Under the pieces are notes generated by a model. That model saw only the letters and a program-made list of their open reading frames with translations, was not told where the DNA came from and did no database searches. From assembly GCA_964016885.1 (NCBI GenBank), contig OZ024742.1, positions 153,822,001-153,886,000 of the forward strand: 64,000 bases of DNA. Reading direction: 5' to 3'. The position numbers were made by a program, and so were the translations under genes. This DNA comes from Eledone cirrhosa. Taxonomy: Eukaryota. Each line of letters starts with the position of its first letter. Position 1 is the first letter of the stretch. This document shows, piece by piece, positions 44,723 to 64,000 of this stretch.

Positions 44723-45599
44723 TGTAATTGGTATTTATTAATATTTTAATGTTCATTAATTCATAATTGTTTTCGTATTCCTAGCCTGGCTAATTTTCGG
44801 ATTGTATGATATGCTCCAGTCAGCTGGTATTATATTTTGGTTCTATATTCTCGAGTTTACTTAATTACTCAGGTTATATCAATCAATTATATTTTTCTAA
44901 TGCATTATATCTCTTTCCAGAATTATCAGAAATCAATTAAAAACTTGTATTTTCTCTATAGTCAACTCGTTAAATTTTAAGTTATCATCTATATAATATT
45001 AAAACTGTGATTGCTTGCTTGCTTGTCTGTAATGTAATACATACAAAAGAGCGCATAATGGGAAAATAATTTAAAAGAAAGTTGCCCCTTAAATGGGAAT
45101 ACAAGTGGAATAAAATAAGTTTCGTGTAAATCGGACCACGGTTTCCCGAGATATAGGGTTTTGCCGGGTAACTTCATAAATAGAGAAACAGAGATACTGG
45201 TTGTGAGAAAGTAGATTTAGAGAGAACGTGATAGAGAAGGAGAATGGAAGAGATAGAGGTAGAAAGAGAGAGAATCAGTGGAGTTGTTGTGTATATATAT
45301 ATATGTGAGTGTGTGTGTGTGTCTATGACCAGTGTATATATACAGTGTTTTTATACAAACACACACATTAATATATATATATATACTTACACACACGTAT
45401 GTGAGCCTTCCAGTTTCATTTCACATTATGTATGTGTACATTTTAATTATTTAAAAAATTATTTTTGGATGGTTTAGTTTCATAATAAAATTTAATTTAA
45501 ATACCGATAAAATATGGCTCTGAAAAAAATTTAAACAATGTTTCTTAGAATCGGTAGAGCAACGGACACCATGCTTTATCGTATGTATTTCGGACATTT

Positions 45600-45990
45600 T
45601 ACAGTCTGAGTTGAAAAACCGCCGAGGTTTGCCTTGCATTTCATATTTACGGCGTTGATAAAATAAAACACCAGCAATCTACTGGGATCGATTTAATTGA
45701 CTTGCGCCCCCCCCCCCAAAAAAAAAATTGCTGGGCTTGTGCTAATAGTAGAAATGATTGTTAAATCCTCAACAGAGGGTGGGGGGTAAATTTGCTATAG
45801 CGACAGACAAATGCATAACAGTATTTGTTTTGGCTTTATACATTCTGCATTAATATCCCGCTGAGGTCAGCTTTGCTTTTCATCCTTTCCTAATCAATAA
45901 AATAAAATATCAATCATGTACTGGGATCGATATAGTAGGCTTTACCTTCCACCTCGAATCATGGTCCTTGTGCTTGAATGAGAAATATTT
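45600..45990 (+). mobile_element. Two diverged SINE copies
   Basis: ctgagttgaaaa..tttgcc..gataaaataaaacaccag and ctttgcttttcatcctt cores. Confidence 0.65.
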
Positions 45991-47289
45991 ATAAACGCTC
46001 CATCCATCCTGAAAACTCTAGTAGTTACGCTAGATCATGTGAATACGCCACAATTTTAGTTCAGTCTCAGATCTTAGTGAAAATTTCCCCACAAATGATT
46101 CATTCCAGTTGTTTGAATTTGTCAAACGTAGATGGAAGGAACATTGGAAGGAATTGTCAAAATTATTGCATTCACAATTTACGCATGCGTAAGTAATAAT
46201 CAGAAATGAATCACAGTTCTGAGATAACAGCCAATTAACAATTTCACGAAAATCTATAATAAACCATAACCGGACATTAACGACATATATATTATAACTT
46301 GTATAAATGTTTTACATTGAAATTAAAATGGTATACTTGTCACCACTGAAAATCTTTGATTTTAAAACACGAGAAAATCGTATGACTCATGTCTCATCTA
46401 TTGTATAGATACTCAAAACTTACCGTAACAGATCAGGAAAACCTGCCATGTACAAACATTTAGAATTTTGAAATTAATTAATTATTAAGATTAAACTATT
46501 GACTATAATCGATGCATCATAAAATTCCAAATAATAATTGTTACCACGAAATCAAGGGTTTTCCGGTTTCTTCTCATTAAAACATAGATATATAATTAGA
46601 AACACAGCACCTATGTCTCAAGACTTATAATGAAGCTTTTTATGGAAGAATTGATCGAATAGAAATCATCTACCATGGTACATCTTAATACCTACACAAT
46701 ACAAAATCAATTAAATGCAATCAATTAAATGCAATGCAGTGAAATATTTCGGAAGGTACCTAATAAACGCATAGTAAATAAAAGTGAAGCCTCAAAAATA
46801 TGTGTAAAATGTCATATCGGAAAAAGAGAAGCGAGCTTAGACGTAATAAAAATTGAACTTGTCAAAACAAACTTCATAAGATGGCCTAATGGATGAGTGT
46901 TTCGGCCAATAAAACGACATGTATGGCCACTCGTCGAGCAGTTTGAATGTTCTTTAACTCAACACCCGACTAATAATCATTACTAGAATCGTAATATTCA
47001 CCTGGCACATTATTTTATCAAAGCCCAAAAGATATACGGATAAAATGAACATAAACATTTCCAGCAAATTACCTATTTCGTTATACTCATTACAAATCTG
47101 AATGATATAATCAATTATATTGAACTCTTTATTGACAGCTAATTATTTCCTTGACTCCAGAATCATTGCCAACAGCTCCCCAAACAGGGTGGCTAGAAAG
47201 AAACTGCCTACTGAACATTACTTATAACCTTTGCTCTTCTGTGTCCACTTTGGTCAGCATCAATGACTTAACTACATGCAAGATGGGGC

Positions 47290-47630
47290 TACAAGCTGAA
47301 TATGTGATTTACGACTTATTGCCTTATATTATCCGATTATCTCTTGTGTGGGTTGGCGAAGAAAGAATTTTATAGATGAAAATGAAATCAAATCTATCTC
47401 AATTGAAGGAACGCATTCGCCATGTACTGACCTGAGTTCCTGATGGAGTTAGATGAAGATATATCCAGACGATTACAAAGAGTGGTGGACAGCACTGATT
47501 CTTATGTAAAACTGTACTGTAGTTCTACTATTATACTGTTAAATATAAAACATGTTTTATGAATATCGATCGACCAATGATTAATAAGGTTATAAACAAA
47601 TTTAAGTAGTGATTTTCTTTCGACAAATCC
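47290..47630 (+). pseudogene. Possible Tc1/mariner 3' remnant
   Basis: Fragments resembling DL..DY.LWG..K...Y and QLKERIRH. Confidence 0.35.
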
Positions 47631-50022
47631 CACAAGAAGCTGGATTTTGAATTAGAGTACACTTATATTAATTCAAGGGAAACTGAGATACACCTGTCAG
47701 AAACGTCCAGGTCAAGCTATTTCATGTTACCAGATTTTCAATATATACCAGATTTTTCAAAGCCTGAGCAATGTCAACACGTTCAATCAAGTCAATGTTT
47801 ATAGAAAGAAACATATTTATCATTGTTTGTCAGAAACTTTCAAACTAGTTCATATTTATAGATATATTTAAAAAAAACAATATACAGATCTTTAGTTTTG
47901 TTGGTACTTTATAGCATTAATAATTACAAAGATAAATTGAAAGGAATTGCTTCCAGATAAAGGTGAAAAGCAGACACCATCAATGATCTTTCTGTAAAAA
48001 GGATAACAAATTTGAATTTAAGTTGAAGGTGGTGCTAGTAGACAACGATAAATCGAGATATATCAAAAAAGAAACAGAGATAACTGAAGTTTTGTTTGAA
48101 AATACAACAATAAAAGCATATACAGTCGTTAATATCACCAAAGAAAACTAAATAGAAAGTCTACAAGAGAAATAATCATTGAAATTATATGAAATGGGTG
48201 CTATTATGCGTCTCATTGACCGATGAATAAACTCTCGAATGAGAACGTTGAACAAACACAGAATCACATGAGACAATACGTATAGGAAATTCCTTTCATC
48301 TCCCAAACAAATGATAAATGTGAGGTCTATATCTTTATCGAATCTCCCTCTAACGGATGACATTTCTATCCTAAATACCGACCATACATAACAAAAAAAG
48401 ATCGAGGAAATATAGTTTGAACACGACTTATAAGTTGTCAAGAGCAAGAGATGATACATACCAGAAATGCCTTCTCTGAAATATATAATTGTGTAATATC
48501 GCCTACGGCAAGATAGCGGCAGAGGAAGTATGAGTTTAGAGAAAGATAGCAATAAATGAAAAGCATTCTGATGTAGCTGACAAAATCAAAAGGCTCCTCA
48601 AGAAAATGAAAAAAAATGTATTAAATCAAACAGATATATATATAACGAAAGAATGACAACAAAGTGTGTTTAGAGAATCATCCGTGGTGGTGGATGTTTC
48701 AGAAGGAAAAGGTATGAAATTTATTGATGAAGATAATTTCATAGCATATAGACATTTAAATTATGTCTAGCTGAATATGTGATTTACGACTTGTTTCCCT
48801 AAATATTCGTTGGGAAATGCCTCTGTCTAATTGTACGCCTATCTCTTTTGAAGGTTGGCTAGTCAGAGTGAGTATGTAACCGTCTACACATTCGTATGAT
48901 TGTGTTGGTGTATGACAAATAAGGTGGGATTTAAAACCATTCAATATCAGTAGATATTTATGTTAGTTCCGTTTCACTAATGCAACTAACATAAATTGTG
49001 CATTACGATTAATAACAAAAATGTAATTCTTTTGAATATATTTCATAAAACAAGTGTTTATAATTCAAATGTTTATAGTATCTTTTCTAGTGGACAGATG
49101 GCTTTTAACATTTAAGGATGTAGGTTAAAATCATTTTAATTATTTTGATATTGCAGTCATTGAATTATTTTATTTTGCAATTAAAAAACCACATACAATC
49201 TTGTTAATGAGGCTTTGTGTGTTACGAGATATCGAGAGTTAATGATTATCACTACCATCATCTCGTACTGAGATGCATGGTCCAACATGAGAATAAACCA
49301 AACCTAAATAAACACAATCGATGGTTATGTAATCCTTATAGAAAGAAGCAATTCAATTAATGCGTATTACCATATAACAAAGGGCCTTGTGATGATTTTT
49401 ACACAATACGATTGGACCAGTTATTCAGAGAGATAAACAACTTATGGAAGCTGATTTTTAAAGGGGACAACCTCATTGATGAGTAAACTCATTGGTATAT
49501 AATAGAAACCTTATGAGGTGTAACACATGTTTACCGTCTCCGTTACAAAACAATCTGACCAAACAGGAACTGATAATTGTGAAAAGCAACTCATTACATA
49601 TTACATCACAAACTACCTAAATCCTTTAAAAAATCCAGGATTCGGCGACTGATGAGGAATTGGCTTCCATCCTAACGGGATTGATTATATAAGTAAAACT
49701 ATTAGATTAGGGACAAATACATAGACTTAATCGCATTGTTGCTGTTTACCAATTATCTTCATCATTTTCTATAATTGTATTAATAGCAATATCAGGAGTA
49801 GTAGTATTAATAGTAGAAACATCAGTAGTAGTGGTAATTGAATCGTTTACAACCCAAACGTTCTACGTTAGTGGTCATATGCATCGCACTGAAAGACTCG
49901 ATTGAAACCACCCTCGTTAATCGTTATGATCAAAAGATTTGAATTATTGACATAATAATAATAATAATAATAATAATATCCAGTTAACCAACATCAATGA
50001 CTGAGATTCAAGGAATAATAAA

Positions 50023-50078
<56 letters not shown>

Positions 50079-51393
50079 TTATGATAGATATTAAGATGAT
50101 GTTGAATATTTAGAAAATAGCTTAAAGAATTCAGAAAATAATATAAATATTTAAAGAGAAAAATAACATTTTTGTGTAACAAGGAAATTCTTAGATGCCA
50201 CGAGCTGTTGCATGTAAAGATATAGCTGTCAAATTATTTACATTAAGTTATCACTTAACGGATTAAAGAGGGCCTAATAAATCCGAAAACGACATTCTAG
50301 CAACAGAATAAAAGAAGTAAATACTAAATACGCCCTCTGGATAAAACTTCTATAGGTTTCCATCATAGAACAAACGGCAGACAAGAAGAGTCTCTTTTTA
50401 CCTTTTTATATTGTTTAGCTTACGGTGCTGTTTGTATTGCTTTTATCTCGTCATTGTTCTCTCTCGTTCAATAAAATGCCAAATAGTTTTATCGGTAATA
50501 ATTTAAAGAGAGAAAATATATAAATAAATCAATGTACAACACCTAAACATTGATGTAAGGGGAGAATCAAAATTGAGGAAAATACAAAATAAACCAACGA
50601 TAAACCTTTATAGTCCCATGGATTCTAAAATTGTAAAACATTATGGCTTACTTTAATAGTTTTCAGAAAAATAAAAAAAATGATATATGCAACTTTATCG
50701 ATTGTTTATCAAGTTATTTAGGATTTTCTTTCGATAACGAAAATTCGATTAAGTGTATGAGAATATTTTTGTGCTTTTTATTGAGAGGAACCTTTTAATT
50801 GCATTGATCTTTGTGGTATTGTGTATTTCAGTAATGTTCATCTCTATAAACTAACTAGCCTTCAAAATAATGAATCAGCTATGACAGTTTGACAGAAACG
50901 TGTATCCACATGAGATACTCTCTTGTTTAGTTAATTTTATGTCGTTATTAGAGATTGGATAATAAACTTGAATAAAGAAAGAAAATCAATGTCTTCTATT
51001 CACCATTCGTCTACGAATTCCTCCTGTTCACAGCACCTATTATTGAACTTCTTAATACAGCTTGCAATCTGTAGTAACATTATTGTATATTTAAAAAGAA
51101 ATACATTGTGACTCAATAAAATAATTTGGACGTATTTATTATAACTTTTCAACTAATAAAGCATATGTGCTCTGGGAAACAGATATATATCTGTATGTTT
51201 CTGTGTAAACATTTTCTCATCTGGTCAGTGAAGAAATTTTTACAATGTGATTATACCCATAGAAACCAATTTTATCGGCCGGTTTCGAGCCACACATTAT
51301 ATGAACAATGTATACAATATATACATTCTTAGATTAATACCCATTTATCTATCAATCAACATCTGTCTCTCCCTCTCTCTCCTCTCTCTCCTC

Positions 51394-51473
<80 letters not shown>

Positions 51474-51483
51474 CAGAGACATA

Positions 51484-51554
<71 letters not shown>

Positions 51555-51557
<3 letters not shown>

Positions 51558-51975
51558 GGAGGTGAGTTTTAATGTAGCACAATAAAGCAATGGAAATATC
51601 GCATAAGTAGCACTCTACAGTTTGTAGAACTGGAGTATATATAATATAAGATCAAAAGATGGTTAAAAGAGTTCCAAGTATTTTATTATGCGCATTTCAA
51701 AAACAAATATCATCATTGGATGATATCTGCGTTCTCATGTGATAAAATAGGGAGACATGATATAAAGTTTAAAAAACACATGTGAATAATGAAGTTTTAA
51801 ATCAATATATGTGTTGATTTAAAACTCCACTATTCACAAGTGTTTTTTTAAGCTTCATATCATGTCTCCCTATTTTATCAGATGAGAACGCAGATATCTT
51901 CCTATGATGATATTTGTCTTTGAAATGCGCATAATAAAATACATGGAACTCTTTTAAAAATCTTTGATCTTATAT

Positions 51976-51978
<3 letters not shown>
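51555..51978. mobile_element. Snap-back palindromic pLTR insertion with degenerate HHR (51871-51941)
   Basis: 51641-about 51805 pairs with about 51813-51978 over a tiny loop; tattttat-CAGAUGA..GAAA-UGCGCA-UA^ataaaata. Confidence 0.75.
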
Positions 51979-52018
<40 letters not shown>

Positions 52019-52019
<1 letters not shown>

Positions 52020-54050
52020 AATAACAACTTACCGTTATAGGTAATTCAGTTAGAGGTTGTGAGTACTCTGTATTGAGGATAGCTTTAACGTACGGCCTTG
52101 TTTGCCTCAACAAGATGTTTCCATAGTTAGGTAGCGAGTTCACGAGTATTCCTATGCAGATTATACTTGGAATAATAATAGTGAAAGATTGCAGAATAAC
52201 ATGGTTTGCTGTACAACAAGGGGTTTTATTTCAAGTATTAACAATTGTTTCATTGATCAGGTGAGTCTAAAGGCCACTAATCACTCGAAGTTGAATCAAA
52301 ACAAATACAGTGTTTACCTCTGATCAAATCATCAGAATACTAGAAATTTAACATATGGCAATGCTATATGATACAACGTAGAATCAAAGCAATAACATCA
52401 ATAATAAAATATAATGATAAAGAGGTAAAGAAATTACAGATGTAAAAAATAAGTAAAAAATAAGTAAAAAAATAAGTTAAAAAATATAAGTGCAGAATAC
52501 GAGTGCTGATAATAATGAGCAAGTGAATGTATAATGATATGAGGGTGGAGATAATACTAACATGAAACGCAACATTAGATACATACATACGTGGTGGTCA
52601 AATCTCAGAGAGTTAGAAGCAGAGAATAAAATCTAGTAACAAATGACAGATAAATGATAAAAAACAATTAATCAAAAAGTAAGTGAGAGATAGAAGGATG
52701 AAACATAAACGGTAGGGCTAAGCACGCGGAAGGAGAAATTGTGTGTGTGGTAAATGCCTATTATGCTAATTGTCTTATCTTAATGGGATTGATGTGGCTT
52801 TAGAGAGAGTGAAAAAAGGTTAGGAGAAGTATGATGTTGATCTAGTGACCACTCAGTCAGTTGACAGCTAATAACAGTGTAGGGGTATGTACTCAGTACA
52901 TTAAAATCATGGTGGTTCAGCTCGAATTTTGAGATTGCTGGGTCGAATCATGTTTGTTTGAAATTTGTGAACTTGGTAGCTTCTTTGTGTCTACAGAAAA
53001 TTGATCTTTCTATTTTGCTGTTAAGCAGCATCTTATATTTTAAAATGTGGAATAGCTCCATATTGCAAATCCGAGTGGGACATTCCATTGGTGTAGGCCC
53101 TTGCGCCCGATAATTTTGACCAGCTAATTTTATATTCCTGGTTTGTGTCTCTAAGCTGCCAAATTTTATTGGCCATCGTTGTTGAGTTCTCTAGTCTACG
53201 GTTCTTCATACAGTGTCTGTGAACGTTCCATCTTTTTTGAATTCTCCAGCCCTGGAAAGTTGCCCGAATTTATAGTACACAGGTACACCATACTTGATTC
53301 CAAGCATCTATTTTGTAGTGGGCACTTATCCGCCAGGTGGCAGTTACAGTTGGAGGCCTTCATGTGTGAGCAAATTCTCCGTTGCGGTTTTGTATGGTGT
53401 TATGGATGGGCTGAGGTTTAGGTTTATTGATGTTTTCTCGCGATGCGCCCTGATGTGTGTGTGGTTGTGATGTTATGTGTTTGCGTTTTGTATTTGGTGC
53501 TACGGTGTATGTTGGTAGGTTCTTTTCTTTCGAGATTCTTTGTAGTTGATTTTATGTATGTGTGATTCTATGTTGGCTGCAGTAGAGTACGAGAGTTTGA
53601 TAGTTTGTCTGTTAAATATTGTATAGCATTTGTGTAGTTTAGGGAAGTGTTTGTCAATTAGCTTAAAACATGTAGATGGTAGTTTGTTTGTTGTTTACTT
53701 ATTTGTTTACATATTTTTTACTTATTTTTTACTTATTTTTTTACTTATTTTTTACATCTGTAACTTATTTCCCTCTTTATCATTATATTTTATTTTTGAT
53801 GTTATTGTTGTGATTATACGTTGTATACATACCATTGTGATTCTACGTTGTATACATACCATTGCCATATGCGAAATCTCTAGTATTCTGATGATTTGAT
53901 CAGAGGTAAACACTGTATTTAAGGTCGAGTGACGCAACTTCGAGTGATTAGCGGCCTTCAGACTCACCTGATCAATGAAAAACTTGTTAATTCTTGAAAT
54001 AAAACACCTTGTTGTACAGCCACCCATGTTATTCTTCAATCTTTCACTAT
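52019..54050 (-). mobile_element. Hydra-type PLE 3' fragment (GIY-YIG) with inverted pLTR arm
   Basis: Minus strand SNCNCHLADKCPLQNRCLESSMVYLC; arms about 52178-52490 / 53710-54050; TA flanks. Confidence 0.82.
52234..52341 (-). ncRNA. Hammerhead ribozyme with extended stem II (mirror copy 53882-53994, +)
   Basis: agtatt-CUGAUGA-u-UUGAUCAG...CUGAUCAA-u-GAAA-CAAUU-GUU^aatact. Confidence 0.75.
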
Positions 54051-54902
54051 ATATATAAATATATATATGAACTGATCTGTCAAGAGATAGATCATACTAG
54101 ATTGGGAGATTGTTATGTCTAAATTAATGATATTTAGATAGATGATAATTTGTAAAAGTTGTGCGAAGTAAAACTAGTTTCGCATTTTCATTGTTTCCTC
54201 TTGCTATCTTCTTTCATTGTTAATTTTCAGTTTCTGTGATCAAGAAGTTTTAGTATCTATTTGTTAGACACTTGGAACACTTATGTTATAATGCTTTAAG
54301 TTTCACAATAGATCCTCAAACCTACGAATTGTAAAATTTACTTATAATGAGTCTGTGATAGAAATAATCCAATAGAGATTGGATTAACATCTTAAACCAC
54401 GATCTTAATCTTTGTATCGAAATGCGTTGAATAAAGAGATATTACGGTTCTGTTATAAATTCGAAATATACACGAAAATAGGATTTTTATAATGATGCAC
54501 TAAAGTTGCTTAGTATGAGTTATCAAGCTCAAATAATGAGGAGATTATTTCATTGAAGAGAAAAGTATTTGCGAATATATTAGGAATAACATTCCTGCAA
54601 AAACTAAAGTTAAATCACATTGGTAATATTTTCAATTAGTCACGCAGCATTTAATATTAGGATAAATATTCAGAATACAGAGTATATAGTGCTACAGTCA
54701 AAATGTTAGAACGTTATAAGATGTTTATAACACTATGGCGAAATACTTGCATTGCAAGTCGGTCATGAACTAACGCCTTTCGTCATTAAATTTACATACT
54801 GACATTTCATTAAAATCTGTATGCAAATAGTATTATTCTTAAATATCACTTGTTTTTAGTCAACAGTAATCAACAATAATTTCTCATTGAAAACATCTAA
54901 TG

Positions 54903-55360
<458 letters not shown>

Positions 55361-55888
55361 TATATATATATATATAGGAGCGAAATTTTGATAATAAGAA
55401 GCTAAACCTGCCGACGAGGGGAACTCTAGTTCTATCGTGAGAAGCACGAATGTATTGTATTTATAATATGCAATGTTCTATGTAACCTCCAGACACTTTC
55501 GGAAATTTTTATCGATTACATCTATTCTAATCAATACGAGAGTGTCCGGCTTAGTTATCACCCTTTCTGTATTTATCGTTGTTGTGGTATATGTACGGCC
55601 ACAGCTTTTCGCCGTTTTGCTTGGTGTCATACTTTTTAACTGTTGTATTTATTTTGGATGATAATGTATTAACTACTTTCTCCATTAAGTGCATTGTCGT
55701 TGCTTCAGACAACTCGAATATTGCGAACAATATGACAGATACAACTTCGATTTTATCAAATATACACATACATAAATACATACGTACAAACACACACACA
55801 TATATATATATATATACATATTTTATGTATATATGTATATATATATATATGTATATATATATACATATTATATGTATATATGTATATA

Positions 55889-55941
<53 letters not shown>

Positions 55942-55971
55942 ATGTGTGTGTGTGTGTATGTGTGTGTGTAT

Positions 55972-56090
<119 letters not shown>

Positions 56091-56098
56091 TATGTATT

Positions 56099-56131
<33 letters not shown>

Positions 56132-56135
<4 letters not shown>

Positions 56136-56596
56136 TTGCGAGGTTTTTGATATGAAATCGTGTGTCGAAACAGATATTCTTATACTTGGGGAGAGTCATA
56201 TTTGTGTAATATTGCCAGAATTAATAACAGAACACACTCACTGTTTGGTTGGTTTTCGCTTTTCGCTTCTGTGACTTTTATATCGGTAATCTAATTTATT
56301 CGGTCCTCAATGATGCCATTGACTAAATAAAGATGGTGTAGAAAATAAAATGCAACGGGAGGAAACAATAGCACCATTGACGATGTTGCAGATGTGCAAC
56401 GAAAGAACTTTGATAAAGTATATATATGTGTTTGTGTCTATATTGTATCTGTATTATTTTGACCGTTGCAACATTGTGGACCGAATAATTAGATTACCGA
56501 TATAAAAGACACAGAAGCGAAAAGCGAAAACCAACCAAACAGTGAGTGTGTTCTGTTCTGTTATTATTACACAAATATGACTCTCCCCAAGTATAA

Positions 56597-56600
<4 letters not shown>
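56132..56600. mobile_element. pLTR-only derivative of the 23462-24352 family with inverted arm
   Basis: 56180-56310 inverted at 56475-56600; TA flanks. Confidence 0.7.
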
Positions 56601-56688
<88 letters not shown>

Positions 56689-57667
56689 GTGTACCTTATA
56701 CATTTGACATTCCGTATTTATTATTGTTATGGGATATTGTGGTTTTTTTAGTTGTAACTTCTCTGTTTTTTAGCCTAAGGAAATATATATATGCCTATGT
56801 ATATAATTACATGCATAGACTTATTTTTTTTTAATTAATTGAGTTCTCTACACGGGGAATTGATATTGGTTTTGTAATAACTAATTAACCCGCGTGTGTT
56901 TTATATTTTACTCTTAATTCGGCCGGAGATTTACATTCCCATTTGCCCTTTAAAGCATAACTTTCCGTATTTACTACGGTTTTGAGGTGCGGTTTCTTAT
57001 TCGGGTACAACTTCTGATTTTAGCCTAAGAAAATATCTATGTGCGTGTGTAATTTATACAGACATATATTTATTTTTTTATTTTTAATTGAGTTCTTAAC
57101 ACGTTGGATTAATAATGTTTTCGAAAAAACTAATTAACCCGCTTGTATATTATTTATTTTTCCTCCTTTCGTGGATCGTAACTGTCTCCTTTTCCCGCTT
57201 GGTGACGCTATAATACTTCCTCAGTCAAAAACTGCTGGAATTTCAAATTTGGCGGTCATTCGATGCGAGAGGGAGCGACTTAACAGACACGATTTTTAAC
57301 TGCGGTAAGAATTTTTTTCTTATATCAAAGTTTAATGGGATTCCACTGATGATTTATAAGCACCCACCTAAATATATTCTTACATGGATGTATATTAGGC
57401 TTCTAGATAAACTGGAAATATTCTCCCAATTTGTAGAAAACTTATAATGAAACAATTCTTTGGAAAGAGAGATATATTTTAACTTTAATTATATCTCATA
57501 AAATAATACAACTGGCTTTTCCACATAATACATATTGTTAGCACCCCAAACATTTAAATTGGGATTATATTAAAATATAACCTAATGTTTGTTGAGTGAG
57601 ATGGTTACCAGTCAGTGTTTAGCTTTAAACTATCTCTGTTATTGTATTAAATATATATATATATATA

Positions 57668-61616
<3,949 letters not shown>

Positions 61617-61874
61617 CATATACATATATATATAGACATATATAGACATGCATATACATATATATATATATACACGTACATACACACACACATATATGAT
61701 ATAGTTTATCATTAATTTGATAAATGAATTACATACGGTATGTATTATCGTAGACAGAATTTAGGTAGATTGCTTTTAATATGATTAACGTCTGACTACC
61801 TGAATTGTATAATAATTGCAGACATTTATATTTTGTTAAGCGATCGTTTATTCAGCTTAGGTATCAATATAACA

Positions 61875-62283
61875 CTCTCCTCCTCCTCTACATAATTTTT
61901 TGCCCACTAATTTGTGGATGGTCCCTTGAGCACTTTTCTCATACATTCCTTCCAGTGGGTCCTATCATAAGTAGCTGTCTATAATTGATTTGGCTTTATC
62001 CCCAAGCGAGTGCATCTGTGCTTGTGGATGCTATCAAATAATCTCGCTTGAGGTCTACCGTAGGATCTCCTGCCGGTTGGTTTTGCCCATAAAATGTTTC
62101 CTCTACAGCGTTTCTACATATCCGTAGGATCTTCGCTATGACCTCTGAATTCTGAGAAGTAGCGGCTCTACCGAGATTAACTTCCTGATCTCCGATTTAT
62201 GTATGTTATCTAGTAACATTACTTCAGAGACAAATCGAATGAAACCAATTACGGCCGCTTGTCTTCGCGTAAGACACAATCCC
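61875..62283 (-). mobile_element. Possible RTE-type LINE 3' remnant
   Basis: Minus strand KPTGRRSYGRPQ and DRTHWKECM-like C-terminus with a short GAG-repeat tail. Confidence 0.4.
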
Positions 62284-62300
62284 ATTATTTGTAAATTACA

Positions 62301-62356
62301 ATAAAGTACCAGTAATGAACTAGGTAATTGCTGGCATTGTGTCTAAAGTAGAAACA
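62301..62356 (+). mobile_element. 5'-truncated SINE with 17-bp TSD
   Basis: TSD attatttgtaaattaca at 62284-62300 and 62357-62373. Confidence 0.8.
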
Positions 62357-64000
62357 ATTATTTGTAAATTACACAGCAAATAATTTTTAAAAACCCTCAT
62401 AAAAAAATAACATGTGTTGAAAGCTTAGCCTTTGAGTATATCAAATGAAATCAGTGGAAGGTATTACAGGTTCTCTAAAAAAACAGTGTATCTATTGAAA
62501 TTAATTTTGAAGTATGTTAAATATCCACTATATTCCTATTATCTTTTTGAACGTTTCGATTTGAATAAATTATCTCAAATCTATATATGTACATATAAAG
62601 AGTGGGTAACCGAGATTGCGTCAATGTGTATATAAGAATAGTTTAATATGTAGACCTATAAACATGCCACAAAATACGAAATTCCGTGTAAATTGAAAAC
62701 AATTAATTTTTTAATCGATTTTCAGGCTTACATGCGCTTAATGAGAAGACATGGAAATCATCAAAACACACACAATAAAGGGCGTATTTGGTGAGCTTAC
62801 ATACACATTCTTTTGTTGTAGTATTCTGATAGGGTCGTACAAATTTGTACGTAATTATCACTCGTGATGGTACTTATTTAAGATAAATATCAAGAAATGC
62901 ACCAGAAAACACGCGTCATTGTTAAAGTTACATCTATATATATATACACAGAGTGAGTTGTCAAGACCACATCAATGTGTCTGCGTGTGTGTGTGTGATA
63001 GTATGCCTCTGTATGTATGCGTGTTATGGATTTTATGACACTTTATTGGAAACATTATTAATTTTCTATATAACACATATTTCCACCTATAATCGCATAC
63101 CGAGTACCAATCTTAGATTTTCAGCATACGCTTACGTCTCTGTTTATTTATTTGTTTGCAATGCAATACTGAAATTTCTGTTGTTATAAATACTTTCTTT
63201 TAAGATGATATATGTAATATTTTATTTCTCGTATATTTATTTTAATCATGCTCCCCGCAGATAGTTGTATTCGGGAAATATATTTTATTCATACCTGACA
63301 TATCTGACAATTTCCATTAAAATAAAATTCCTACTGATTATAAAATTATCTCAATTCTTGATCTCGTTCATTTAATTATTATTCATATTTATAGCTACTT
63401 TATTTTTTTTCTTTCCTACTTTTGTTTGAATCGTTCAATTCTTCAAAATCAATTTACTACTTTGCAAAATATTTTTAGAAGCTTTAAAATCTTAAAAAAA
63501 AACAAAAAAGACGAATACATATAACATTCTAGCGTCGTTTGAAGCAAAATTTCAATGATTTTTAAATATTTATTTTCCCCTAATTTATTAAGAATGTAAA
63601 GGAAATAGAAAGCAAATCCGAAATACAAACTAAAAAAACACATCTCAATTAAATTGCAGTATTTACGTATGATGAGAGAAGTGTCGTGTAAAGCTGCCGC
63701 ATAACCGAGCCTGGTACAAAAGTTCAATACCTAATGTTCATATCTCGTTTAATATTTTCAGTAATGAGAATAGAACAGATTATCATTAACAATGGCAGAA
63801 CACAATTGTATGTTTCGGAGCTAGAAATATTTGGAAAGGGATTAGATCTGAGAGCGTGGGATGAATCAATTATTGCGTACAAGAATCCTGTCAGCCAAAC
63901 AAAAAACACACAAATTATGTTAAAGTAACAGTACAGAAATAATTATTAGAGTAGTATTATATTGTACTTTAGTATGACATACACTGTTATATTCACTATT

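Noticed and set aside
49645-49690. CUGAUGAG HHR-like core
   Set aside because: No GAAA, stem III or stem I partner found
63734-63928. Possible host exon (ttttcag acceptor near 63760; LYVSELEIFG)
   Set aside because: No recognisable domain, ambiguous donor site and no partner exons identified

Overview
AT-rich eukaryotic intergenic or intronic DNA with many (TA)n/(CA)n microsatellites and no recognisable host gene. The repeat content (tRNA-type SINE, Penelope-like elements, Helitrons) suggests an invertebrate such as an octopod cephalopod; this is inference. The window is dominated by Penelope-like retroelements (PLEs) sitting in (TA)n tracts: one apparently intact RT+GIY-YIG element (ORF 4492-6708), a degraded relative (36.3-40.3 kb), a degraded Neptune-like element (0.9-3.7 kb), several EN/RT fragments and many non-coding pLTR-only derivatives. 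Read by eye, these carry more than 15 minimal type-I hammerhead ribozyme (HHR) motifs, most with palindromic stem III. Main leads: (1) an ORF-less 591-nt tandem unit bounded by HHRs with a compensatory U3-A8 core, resembling a retrozyme/circRNA; (2) an insertion architecture in which both ends are pLTR 3' ends pointing outward into TA, one arm always about 70-165 nt longer; (3) a telomerase-like 16-nt stutter at an inversion junction; (4) TA-centred fold-back duplications of flanking DNA. Also present: two Helitrons, about 10 SINE copies and decayed CRE, RTE, piggyBac, mariner and Academ-like remnants. All calls were made by eye, without database searches or folding software.
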